Virus record (IMG/VR): IMGVR_UViG_3300043139_000001
Span: 1-42,185 of that record
Origin: a virus
Direction: 5' to 3' (one strand)
DNA: 42,185 nt
The position numbers and the translations under genes are program-made. Positions 9,801 through 16,392 of this stretch are shown piece by piece (position 1 is the stretch's first letter; every line of letters starts with the position of its first letter). The notes under the pieces were generated by a model that made no database searches, had not been told where the DNA came from, and worked only from the letters and a program-made list of their open reading frames with translations.

Positions 9801-11522
9801 GGCAAGGAGGAGCTGCGCGCGGCGATGGAAGCGGCCAAAGCCCACGGCGTCAAAGGCGACAAGTTCGCGCCGATGGACGCGGTCGCGATCAACGAGCTCA
9901 TGGGGCATCTCGAGGGACCGGGCGCCGTCACCAAATGGGCGGGCCACGGCTCCAACTTCGCCACCCGGACGATCCTCAACTCGCCGGCCTTCGAGCTCAG
10001 CCAGTTCTTCCAAGAAGGGGTGCCCGGCGCGATCGCCCTCGGCCGCGACGTCGTCAACCTCCCCAAAGCCGTCAAGCAGATCGAGCAGATCAACAAGCTC
10101 CCGGTCGCCGAGCAGAACCGGGTGCGCGCCGTCATGGGCGCCTCGGTCGGTCTGCGCGGCGCTCCCAACATCAAGGAGACGGAGGGCTTCCTCGACCCCG
10201 TCCGCTCGGCCGCGCCGAAGCAGGCTTGGCGCCACGCCTGGGAGCTCGTCAACGGCTCGAAGATCTCGCGCTTCGACATCGCCCGCTCGGGCAAGTTCCG
10301 CGAAGCCGCCGCCCTGGCCCGGATCGAGGGCGACTTCAAGCGGGCCAACAAGGGCTTCGAGGGGTGGCGCTACTCGGCCCGCAACCTCTTCAAAAACGAG
10401 GCCCAGGCGGTCAAAGATATGAAGGGCATGGACGGCGGGGAGCGCGCCCTCTACATCGCCGAACACCCGCGCCTGGGCGACAACATCGTGAAAGATATGC
10501 GGGGCATCCTCGGCAATTGGGACGCCTTCACCGTCTTCGAGAAGCACATCGCGCCCTTCGCGATCTTCTACCCGTTTCAGCGCTTCTCGGCGCTGTGGAC
10601 CCTCTACCACTTCCCCCTTGACCACCCGGCCGCGGCGACGTCGCTGGCGCTGCTCGGGGCGGTCAACGCGGCCGAAGTGAAGAAGGCCGCGGAACTCGAA
10701 GGCGGCTCGCCCTCGGTCGTCGACTACACCAAGCCGGTAATCAACGGCAAGTCGATCCTCCCCGCCGGCCAGCGCTTCTCGGCTGGGCTCGGGTCGGTGC
10801 AGTCGGCGATCCTCAACCGGAAACCGATGCAGGCGTTGCAGGGCCTCAACCCGGCGCTCGGGCTGCCGATCGAAGCCCTCTCCGGCAAAAACGCCTACAC
10901 CGATCAGCCCCTCGGCGAAAACGGTTTCGAGTATCTCGCTCGCCAGGCCGCCAACCTCTCGCCCCTCTCCCGCTTCCTCGGCCTCCCCGACCTCGGCAAG
11001 GGTGCCCCCTCGCCGGGCAGCCAGGCGTTCGCCGAGCAGGACCCGCGGCGCCAGCAGCGCTCGCTCTTCAACCCCCTGATCGGGCAGAGCGTCAAGCAGT
11101 TCGCCAAGGAAAAGCGGCTCGAAAAAGACTTCCGCGACAAGTACGGCGAAGGGGACATCCCCGGCCCGTTCGACTCGCAGATGGTGATCGACCTCCTCTA
11201 CGGCGGCAAGGGCGGCACCCCGCAGCCCGAGCTCCTCCCGCGGGTGATCCGCAAGATCCACGAGGCCGAAGCTGCCGGCGAGCGGGTGAAGCGGGCCGAG
11301 GCTCCCTACCTGCCGAAGAGCAAGCCGTTCTCCCAGCTCCAAACCGAACTGCTCCAAGCGGTCGAAGACGCCTGGGAAACCGGCCCCTCGGCGACGCAGG
11401 GCGGCAAGTACAGCGGCACCCTCGCCAAGAAACCGCTGCCGGGCCAGGGCAAGTACGGGGGTGCATTCTCCGGGTCGGCCTCGAGCTCGGCCGGCAAGTA
11501 CAGCGGGGCCTTCGGCGGATGA
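6900..11522 (+). CDS. Giant 1540-aa virion protein (internal/ejection protein or tape-measure analogue)
   Basis: TTG start 10 nt after GGGAGG (6884-6889). The first 330 aa or so are Lys/Arg/Ala-rich and include RRGEVDGPPAP and KRGRGRV. Hydrophobic segments occur in the C-terminal third. No enzymatic motif recognised. Confidence 0.8.
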   Translation: MAGAYERRIRRGEVDGPPAPTKPKKKRGRGRVSPTGPYRAESGNKKIRSKASSAERRKFSHGSTPTAKRARKLERKDSRDAAQARKEAAAAAKKVRLANASRPIQTLRKAEEKLKRSEDPKLREATRRLRHALASQALAKAREATPEGSPKRENYPEKALKDVAPRAYKKSRRVAGGPHRSSEGLGEPEDLTTAITLAAPGGGLAGRAVAKGLEAGGERLAATLGKKAASKVASEAEQTAAEAGAKVAAKRIRVKAGSHVRARAERVKTSPSRAARRVRETPRRVREAPRRARRAAATKEGRRAAAKRAARSSARHPIRSGAGALAVLPVKPEGGGVLPGDPLNRLSAFGKGELAAALGHPGKYAETTAHAGLGALAYPLVLGGAGVESIKKGSPDPLIEQGKLAVEGTKKMVGDLASGDPRRVERSALQETGAVPFIPVPAALRRLKGTKAYEDARAAARAAVEGKRAPKREAAIAADRAAQEAGDYRSRRSQRKIKRSHPVPDTSRPGENYINRRVGRILEKGRSRHRVAREFARIKHEENQARKAVEEVAKPLRKSKATTQKDVADVGTALRIVGRYGLPHNEAKGMAFVERLHRGWEKGEAGKSPGGVALDRHATAYIISHPEVFRNPKFWEAVGRLDKLQKEVATSPRHQFMAQLDQLVNPIREEAGKHRLLKPEEMVTPEALKLLPKKDTGGLLPSQAKELKAVKELERRGLVAPGTAPKGGHLAVAERPKPVGEWSRSEAYDYLKQLKKSRDGKDQARAAALQNALEDAGGGRRLMAPPEHGGAEGGVSTTRAVPWTSEMLQRHLKQIKPELKRLGLREPTPYLADVLPSKMPGAEPGYGTGLPRAVHASQGLAAKSGNAVADFDQMLHHSAVLPRRRAAMVTGLNRIFDHFSRKVGGHRYLTRSQVEKAINNHEWPPGTVPVRTQMLRSLLEGDTPAAESEFKQALAAELEHGQALIGGGKEELRAAMEAAKAHGVKGDKFAPMDAVAINELMGHLEGPGAVTKWAGHGSNFATRTILNSPAFELSQFFQEGVPGAIALGRDVVNLPKAVKQIEQINKLPVAEQNRVRAVMGASVGLRGAPNIKETEGFLDPVRSAAPKQAWRHAWELVNGSKISRFDIARSGKFREAAALARIEGDFKRANKGFEGWRYSARNLFKNEAQAVKDMKGMDGGERALYIAEHPRLGDNIVKDMRGILGNWDAFTVFEKHIAPFAIFYPFQRFSALWTLYHFPLDHPAAATSLALLGAVNAAEVKKAAELEGGSPSVVDYTKPVINGKSILPAGQRFSAGLGSVQSAILNRKPMQALQGLNPALGLPIEALSGKNAYTDQPLGENGFEYLARQAANLSPLSRFLGLPDLGKGAPSPGSQAFAEQDPRRQQRSLFNPLIGQSVKQFAKEKRLEKDFRDKYGEGDIPGPFDSQMVIDLLYGGKGGTPQPELLPRVIRKIHEAEAAGERVKRAEAPYLPKSKPFSQLQTELLQAVEDAWETGPSATQGGKYSGTLAKKPLPGQGKYGGAFSGSASSSAGKYSGAFGG

Positions 11523-11761
11523 GCCCGGCAGAGCGGGTTGAACAGCGCCTCGCCGACCTCGAGGCGATGGTCTTCGGCATTCGGGGGGAGGGTGGTCTCG
11601 TCCATGAACTCCGGGGATTGCGAGAGGACTTCAAGGAGTGGCGGAAAGAAGAGCGCGGCCGTCGCGAAAGCAACATCCGACAAACCGTGGTTTCCCTGGG
11701 GGCTGCCTGCACGGCGCTCCTGGCGGTGATCGTGACCCTGATTGGACTGGTGGTCAGATGA
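11519..11761 (+). CDS. Tail-anchored membrane protein (holin or lysis-associated candidate)
   Basis: ATGA overlap with the giant gene. 80 aa: a charged helical N-terminus followed by a C-terminal TM segment VVSLGAACTALLAVIVTLIGLVV. Confidence 0.6.
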   Translation: MSPAERVEQRLADLEAMVFGIRGEGGLVHELRGLREDFKEWRKEERGRRESNIRQTVVSLGAACTALLAVIVTLIGLVVR

Positions 11762-12396
11762 AACTCGACGGAAGAGAGGCGTGGATCGCAGAGCATTCGC
11801 TCAGGATCTTCGTCGTAGTTGCTGCCCTGATGGCGATCGCCGCCGGGTTCGCTGTTTGGCAGATCCAGCGACAGAACCGCTTTGAAGGGGAAATCCAGGT
11901 CCTCCGCCCCCAGGTGACGCGGGTGAGCAAGGCGATTTGCGATCAAGAGTCCCTGCACCACCTGAATCGCGCCCGTAGCTGCGCCGAGCGCATCCGGGTC
12001 GGGCTCGTCAACTGCCGCCACTCCGCACCGTGCCGGGCGGCCTTCTTGGCGATCGCCACCTACCCGCCGCCGGCGCGGTCGACGGCGCCCTCGAGCACCA
12101 CGGCGATCACCACGGCCCCCGATCAGAAAGGGGGTGCCACCCAACAGCCGTCCAACCACGGCCACCAGCAACCCGGCCCCTCCGGGGGCCAGGAAGGCAG
12201 CCAGGAAGCGTCTCCCGCGCCCTCTGGGCCTCCGGCGGCCGAACACGGTCCTCCGGCCGAAACGCCCGGAAACGGCCCTCCTGGGGCTCCTGGCGGCTCT
12301 TCGTCGTCCGGTGCGGGTGTTGAAGTCTGCGCCGTCAAAACCTGTGTCGGGGCCGAAGTCGGCCTCGGCGGTCTAACCGGAGGAGATCCCGAATGA
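11758..12396 (+). CDS. N-terminally anchored membrane protein with a Cys-containing and Pro/Gly/Ser-rich ectodomain (lysis accessory candidate)
   Basis: ATG 11758 overlaps the upstream stop (ATGA). TM segment IFVVVAALMAIAAGFAVW. I chose this internal start over the longer 11638 ORF on the track. Confidence 0.6.
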   Translation: MKLDGREAWIAEHSLRIFVVVAALMAIAAGFAVWQIQRQNRFEGEIQVLRPQVTRVSKAICDQESLHHLNRARSCAERIRVGLVNCRHSAPCRAAFLAIATYPPPARSTAPSSTTAITTAPDQKGGATQQPSNHGHQQPGPSGGQEGSQEASPAPSGPPAAEHGPPAETPGNGPPGAPGGSSSSGAGVEVCAVKTCVGAEVGLGGLTGGDPE

Positions 12397-13019
12397 ACAT
12401 CGACTACACCGACATCTCGCCCAAGCAGTCCAGCCGCGAGGGCGCCCGCATCCACGGCCTCGTCCTGCACACCACGGAGGGCAGCGACCACCCTGACGGC
12501 GACTCCGACCTCAAGACGCTCGGCTCGATCTTCCACAACGAGGAAGCCAGCGCGCACGTCGGCGTCAACGTCCGCGGCCGCTTCGGTCGCTATGTCCCCG
12601 ACGCAGCGAAGGCGTGGGCCGTCTGCAACTTCAACAGCGTCACCCTCTCGCTCGAGCAGATCGCCTTCGCGGCCTACTCGAAGGCCGAGTGGTTCAAGGA
12701 GCGCCACGCCCAGCTCCACGGCGCCGCCGAGTTCCTGCTCTACGGGCACATCCACTACGGGGTGCCGCTGCGGCCGGGCAAGGTGTCGGGCTCGGCGATC
12801 GTCGAGGCGGGGATCTTCCAGCACAAGGATCTGGGGATCTCGGGCAGCGGCCATAGCGATTGCGGAGACGGCTACCCGCAGGGCTACGTCACCCTGCTCG
12901 CCCGCTTCTTCCGCTCCCACAAGCTGCACCCGAGCTCGGCCTACACGGAACGGCTCCGCAAGGAGCTCAACAACATCCGGCGCCACCACGGCATCGACCT
13001 GATCCCGGCCGCCGGGTGA
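12393..13019 (+). CDS. N-acetylmuramoyl-L-alanine amidase endolysin (Amidase_2 / PGRP fold)
   Basis: ATGA overlap with the upstream stop. Motifs IHGLVLHTTEG, ASAHVGV, NFNSVTLSLEQ and GIFQHKDLG..GHSDCGDGYP match the T7-lysozyme-type zinc amidase pattern. Confidence 0.8.
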   Translation: MNIDYTDISPKQSSREGARIHGLVLHTTEGSDHPDGDSDLKTLGSIFHNEEASAHVGVNVRGRFGRYVPDAAKAWAVCNFNSVTLSLEQIAFAAYSKAEWFKERHAQLHGAAEFLLYGHIHYGVPLRPGKVSGSAIVEAGIFQHKDLGISGSGHSDCGDGYPQGYVTLLARFFRSHKLHPSSAYTERLRKELNNIRRHHGIDLIPAAG

Positions 13020-13132
13020 GCTCGGAGCCCGTCAAGCGGTTCGTCGCCAAGCTGCTCGGTCGGCCCTACCGGCCGGGCGGCTCACGCGGCCATTTCGCGT
13101 CCCAGCAATACACGTCAAGGAGGAAGAAGTGA
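13016..13132 (+). CDS. Possible 38-aa basic micro-ORF bridging the endolysin and holin-like genes
   Basis: GTGA overlaps at both ends (13016-13019 and 13129-13132). No other support. Confidence 0.3.
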   Translation: MSSEPVKRFVAKLLGRPYRPGGSRGHFASQQYTSRRKK

Positions 13133-13665
13133 AACGACTCATCGGCACCATCGGCGATCGCCTCCAAGCGGTCTTCCCGCCCAACCGCGTCATGCTCGTC
13201 CTCGCCCCCACGATCACCGCGGGGGCGCTCTGGCTCTCGGCCTGGCTGACGGCCAACGTCCCCGGCGTCACCCTGCCGGCCGGGGTGATCGCAGGGGCGA
13301 TGGGGGTCGTCGGCCTGATCGCCGTCACCCTCTTCTACAAGTGGTTCGACCAGTGGCAGAAGGGCGAGCCGATCGACTACAGCGCCGACCTCGACCAGGC
13401 CCTTGCCGAACTCGACCAGGCGACCACGCTGTTCTTCTCCGCACACGGCACCGTGCAGGGGGTCGGAGCGGCGCTCACGGATCTGCACGACCGGATCGCG
13501 AAGGGCTCGATCAACGAGGCGGAAATCGCCAGCGGCGTCGCCGGCATCCTCGACGTGATCGGGCAGTTCGTCGACGAGCACCCGGTGCAGGTCGAGCCCG
13601 AGCCCGTCCCGGCGCCGGCACCCGCCGAGGAGGCGCCCGTTCCGCCCGGCCCTGCCGGCGAGTGA
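13129..13665 (+). CDS. Membrane protein with 2-3 TM segments (holin candidate)
   Basis: GTG start preceded by AAGGAGGAAGAA. Hydrophobic stretches VMLVLAPTITAGALWLSAWL and AGVIAGAMGVVGLIAVTLFY. Adjacent to the endolysin. Confidence 0.6.
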   Translation: MKRLIGTIGDRLQAVFPPNRVMLVLAPTITAGALWLSAWLTANVPGVTLPAGVIAGAMGVVGLIAVTLFYKWFDQWQKGEPIDYSADLDQALAELDQATTLFFSAHGTVQGVGAALTDLHDRIAKGSINEAEIASGVAGILDVIGQFVDEHPVQVEPEPVPAPAPAEEAPVPPGPAGE

Positions 13666-14054
13666 ACCGGGCGCAGTTCGTCGTCAAGGGGCACCCCGCG
13701 CCGAAGGGCTCGAGGGTGTTTCTTGGCGGCGGGGCGAGCAAGGAGTCGAGCGACGCCTGCAAGCCGTGGGTGGAAGCGATCGCGATGTCGTGCCTCGGCC
13801 AGCGGCCCAAAGGCGTCGGCCTCCTCAAGCCGCCCTACAAGATCGGCCTGCGCTTCGTCATGCCGCGGCCGCGGGGACCGAAGTACGACTGGCCCTCCAA
13901 GGACGGGGATCTCGACAAGCTCGCTCGAGCGGTGCTCGACGGGCTGACGCAGGGCGGGTTGATCGTCGACGATCGCCACGTCGTGCAGCTCGACTGCTCC
14001 AAGGAGTTCGCCGGAGCGGGCAAACAAACGGGTGTGTCGATCGTGATCCTCTAG
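13662..14054 (+). CDS. rusA: RusA-family Holliday junction resolvase
   Basis: GTG 13662 overlaps the upstream stop. Pattern FVVKGHPAPKGSR ... GDLDKLARAVLDGL..GLIVDDRHVV.L is typical of RusA. This internal start was chosen within the longer 13341 ORF on the track. Confidence 0.8.
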   Translation: MNRAQFVVKGHPAPKGSRVFLGGGASKESSDACKPWVEAIAMSCLGQRPKGVGLLKPPYKIGLRFVMPRPRGPKYDWPSKDGDLDKLARAVLDGLTQGGLIVDDRHVVQLDCSKEFAGAGKQTGVSIVIL

Positions 14055-14103
14055 ACTCCACCCCTCGCGGATCTCCCTTCGGGATCTCGTTCATGCGACA
14101 GAG

Positions 14104-14131
14104 CCTCTCGCCCTCCGGGCGGGGGGCTTTT
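14104..14131 (+). terminator. Intrinsic terminator-like hairpin after rusA
   Basis: cctctcgccc-tcc-gggcgggggg forms a 10-bp stem (two G-U pairs) and is followed by cttttgtcgtt. Confidence 0.55.
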
Positions 14132-14165
14132 GTCGTTCTGCGCACGTTGCGGGGTTGCCACGCTC

Positions 14166-14190
14166 GCGTGTACACCAACTCGTGTAGCTT
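14166..14190 (+). promoter_or_regulatory. GTGTACAC palindrome (14168-14175) followed 9 nt later by the -10-like TAGCTT (14185-14190)
   Basis: Lies between a terminator and the 14230 gene. One of only three exact GTGTACAC copies in the window. Confidence 0.4.
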
Positions 14191-14229
14191 GCTCGACGAA
14201 CCAGTAACCAATTCTCCGAAGGGAGCGCT

Positions 14230-14835
14230 ATGAAATTGAAGGTGAGGCAGACGGCGGAAGCCGCAGTCCTCGATCTCATCAACCCCGGCGTCGACGGCGC
14301 CGAGGACACGGTCCTCAGCTCGAGGACGATCGGCCAGGGCCAGGAGTGCGAGATCACCCTGCCCGACGTCCACGACGAGGCCGGGGTGCAGATCGGCGAC
14401 GTTGTCGCGACGCCGGAGACGCCGGCACCCGAAGCGCCGGCCGGTGGCGGCGACCAGGGCGGCGGCGAGCAGCCGGCGGAAGGCGGCGGCGACACGCCGA
14501 CCGAGCCCCCCGCGCCCGAAGAGCCGAAGGACACGTCGGAGATCCCCGCGGGCTGCGCCCCCGGTCGGGTCGTGACGTTCCGCTCGGCCGAGAGCGGGAT
14601 CGACCTGGCGGCCGTGGTCAACGGCACGATCGCGTCGATTCCGCAGGCCGCGATCGACTCGGGCGACGTCCCCGAGCTCACGAGCCCGAAGCGGGTCCAC
14701 CTGACCGTCTTCTCGCCCTTCCTGGGAGAGGACAGCCGGGGCGGCTCGTTCCAGGCGTTCAACGTGCCGCTGGCCGCCGAGGGCGACGGCGCGGAGATCG
14801 CCAACGGCACGTGGCGCTGGCCGGAGCGGGTGTAG
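14230..14835 (+). CDS. Hypothetical two-domain protein with a Pro/Gly/Glu linker (moron-like)
   Basis: ATG preceded by CCGAAGGGAGC. Has its own promoter-like region and a downstream hairpin. No family recognised. Confidence 0.65.
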   Translation: MKLKVRQTAEAAVLDLINPGVDGAEDTVLSSRTIGQGQECEITLPDVHDEAGVQIGDVVATPETPAPEAPAGGGDQGGGEQPAEGGGDTPTEPPAPEEPKDTSEIPAGCAPGRVVTFRSAESGIDLAAVVNGTIASIPQAAIDSGDVPELTSPKRVHLTVFSPFLGEDSRGGSFQAFNVPLAAEGDGAEIANGTWRWPERV

Positions 14836-14839
14836 TTCG

Positions 14840-15013
14840 GTGACGGAAGCCGAGCTCAAGGCCAAGGCCAAGGCCCTCGCGGAGTTGCTCGCGACGGTCG
14901 ACGGCCTCGAGAACGTCGAGTTCATCGACGAGGGCGACCTCGAAGGTGAGCCCGCCTCGATCTGTGTCGAACACGACGGCACGGCCCTGGCGCTGGGGGT
15001 TCTGCCCCTGTAG
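14840..15013 (+). CDS. Possible 57-aa acidic protein
   Basis: GTG start 5 nt after the upstream stop, with GGAGCGGG upstream. High third-position GC. Below the ORF-track size cutoff. Confidence 0.4.
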   Translation: MTEAELKAKAKALAELLATVDGLENVEFIDEGDLEGEPASICVEHDGTALALGVLPL

Positions 15014-15030
15014 GATCGCGCCCCGACGAC

Positions 15031-15074
15031 CTGCCCCGCCCCCTTGGTTCTCGTGAGACTCGGGGGTGGGGCGG
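15031..15074 (+). terminator. Strong GC hairpin closing the moron cassette (no T-run)
   Basis: ccccgccccc (15034-15043) pairs with gggggtgggg (15062-15071) around an 18-nt loop. Confidence 0.4.
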
Positions 15075-15106
15075 TCGCCCTTCTAGTCCGGCGGGCCGGA
15101 CTTCCT

Positions 15107-15125
15107 CCCGGTTCCGTCCGCCGGG
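15107..15125. repeat. Left copy of a 19-bp imperfect inverted repeat (partner at 16355-16373)
   Basis: cccggttccgtccgccggg versus the reverse complement of the partner, cccggttcctgacgccggg, gives 16/19 identical (9 + 7 nt blocks). A 16-bp palindrome gtccggcgggccggac at 15086-15101 precedes it. Confidence 0.5.
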
Positions 15126-15144
15126 CCTGTTCCCCTACGAGGCC

Positions 15145-15339
15145 ATGCACGAGCCTCGTACCGATACACAACGTCTCCTCGCCGCGGTGGGCTTCCTCTC
15201 CGAAGTGCGCGCTGCCGGCGTCGACTGCACCCTGACCTCCCGCAGCCGGGAGGATCTTCGACGTCTCGCCTCGAGCGGGGACGAGGACGCCTTCGCCGAG
15301 CTCACCCGGCGTCGCGACCGCGAGCTCGTCGCGGCCTAG
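15145..15339 (+). CDS. Possible 64-aa protein ending in a sigma-70 region-2-like peptide
   Basis: ATG with a weak SD. Mostly G/C third positions. The C-terminus SGDEDAFAELTRRRDRELV resembles the start of ECF sigma factors, but the ORF stops 2 aa later. Confidence 0.4.
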   Translation: MHEPRTDTQRLLAAVGFLSEVRAAGVDCTLTSRSREDLRRLASSGDEDAFAELTRRRDRELVAA

Positions 15340-15560
15340 CCGCCTATCGCGGCCCTGAGCTCGAGGGCCAGGCGGTCGTCGTCGACGCTGTCGAGGGTGA
15401 GGGAGTGGACGGCGAACCAGCGGCAATCGCCTTCGGGCGGGATCAGCTCGAGCGTGTAGAGGGTGCCCTTGCTCGCGGGCTCGGCGATGGTGCGGATCTG
15501 GACGTGGCGGGGGACGACGACGCGGGCCACGGCGTAGAGGCGGATCTGCTCCTCAGTCAA
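15336..15560 (-). CDS. Hypothetical 74-aa protein
   Basis: TTG start overlapping the stop of the upstream small gene. Last gene of the leftward cluster. Confidence 0.55.
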   Translation of the reverse strand: MTEEQIRLYAVARVVVPRHVQIRTIAEPASKGTLYTLELIPPEGDCRWFAVHSLTLDSVDDDRLALELRAAIGG

Positions 15561-15702
15561 CCCATTGCTCCCACCGTCGACCGAGCAGGAAGGCGACGAA
15601 GGCGACGCCGAGGATCGTCACCCCGAAGCGGACGTCGCGGCTCCCCCACTCGGCCGCGGTGAAGGCGATCGCGAAGATCACGATGATCCGTAGACCGTTC
15701 AA
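15553..15702 (-). CDS. Possible 49-aa two-TM membrane protein
   Basis: TTG start overlapping the upstream stop (TATTGA). Sequence LRIIVIFAIAFTAAEW...VTILGVAFVAFLLG. I shortened the 144-aa ORF on the track. Confidence 0.4.
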   Translation of the reverse strand: MNGLRIIVIFAIAFTAAEWGSRDVRFGVTILGVAFVAFLLGRRWEQWVD

Positions 15703-15953
15703 TAGCCCCGGTGCCGGTAGCGCTCGGGCTGCTTCGCGGGCGGCCAGTCGGGCGGGTAGACGTCTTCCTTGAAGCCTTCGTCGCTGGCGCTCCATTCGTC
15801 CTCGCCGGCCCAGCCGTTGTCGACCTGTAGCTGCTTGCGGTGGCCGCGGCCGTGCTCTTCGGCGAAGACGGCGATCCCGGCCGACTCGTAGCCGCGCAGC
15901 ATCCCCATCTGCACTTTGCAGTTGAGGCAGCGGGCGGCGAGGTTGAGGCCCAT
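15699..15953 (-). CDS. Hypothetical 84-aa protein with an N-terminal CxxC
   Basis: ATG directly follows the upstream stop. Third codon positions are almost all G/C when read by hand. Confidence 0.65.
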   Translation of the reverse strand: MGLNLAARCLNCKVQMGMLRGYESAGIAVFAEEHGRGHRKQLQVDNGWAGEDEWSASDEGFKEDVYPPDWPPAKQPERYRHRGY

Positions 15954-16307
15954 CTACGACACCAGCCTCCGGCCGGTGCCGCCACACTTTTCACAGCCGG
16001 CGCCGTCGCAGTCGAGGCAGTCGGCGACGCGCCGCGGCTCCTCGTCGAACTTCACACAGGCGAAGCGGGCGCCGTTGCGACGGGGCGGCTCGACGCGCTT
16101 GCCCTCGTCGGAGAGGAGCGCAATGCCGTGGGTGCGGAGATCCTCGAGCGCGAGCTTGGCCTCCTCCTCGTTCGCCGCGGTGGCGATGATGAACATTTCG
16201 GTCGCGTAGCGCCGGCCACTGGAGCGGCCGCCCATCACCCGAGGACCGCCCTCGTAGAAGCGCCGTTGCTCCGGCGTCATTCGGAAGCTGATCCCTGGGG
16301 CCTCCAC
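15954..16307 (-). CDS. Small protein with a DnaJ-type zinc-finger C-terminus
   Basis: GTG 16307 lies 7 nt downstream of the -10-like TAGGGT (possible leaderless start); ATG 16280 is an alternative. The C-terminus CLDCDGAGCEKCGGTG contains two CxxCxGxG repeats. Confidence 0.65.
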   Translation of the reverse strand: MEAPGISFRMTPEQRRFYEGGPRVMGGRSSGRRYATEMFIIATAANEEEAKLALEDLRTHGIALLSDEGKRVEPPRRNGARFACVKFDEEPRRVADCLDCDGAGCEKCGGTGRRLVS

Positions 16308-16314
16308 AGCGAGG

Positions 16315-16346
16315 ACCCTAGCAAATACGTGTACACATGGTAGGCT
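16315..16346. promoter_or_regulatory. Divergent control region: leftward -10-like TAGGGT (16315-16320, minus strand), palindrome ACGTGTACACAT (16327-16338), rightward -10-like TAGGCT (16341-16346)
   Basis: An 85-nt spacer separates the leftward cluster from the recombinase operon. The palindrome sits between two back-to-back TANNNT boxes. Confidence 0.45.
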
Positions 16347-16354
16347 GCGCCGAT

Positions 16355-16373
16355 CCCGGCGTCAGGAACCGGG
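16355..16373. repeat. Right copy of the 19-bp imperfect inverted repeat (partner at 15107-15125)
   Basis: cccggcgtcaggaaccggg. Lies between the rightward -10-like box and the SD of the 16393 ORF. Confidence 0.5.
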
Positions 16374-16392
16374 GCAAACCGAAGGAGATCCG

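Noticed and set aside
6837-11357. 1506-aa ORF on the minus strand, antisense to the giant gene
   Set aside because: Its Arg/Gly/Leu/Pro-dominated composition is typical of a stop-free shadow frame in high-GC DNA. The plus-strand frame has normal composition, an SD and coupling to its neighbours.
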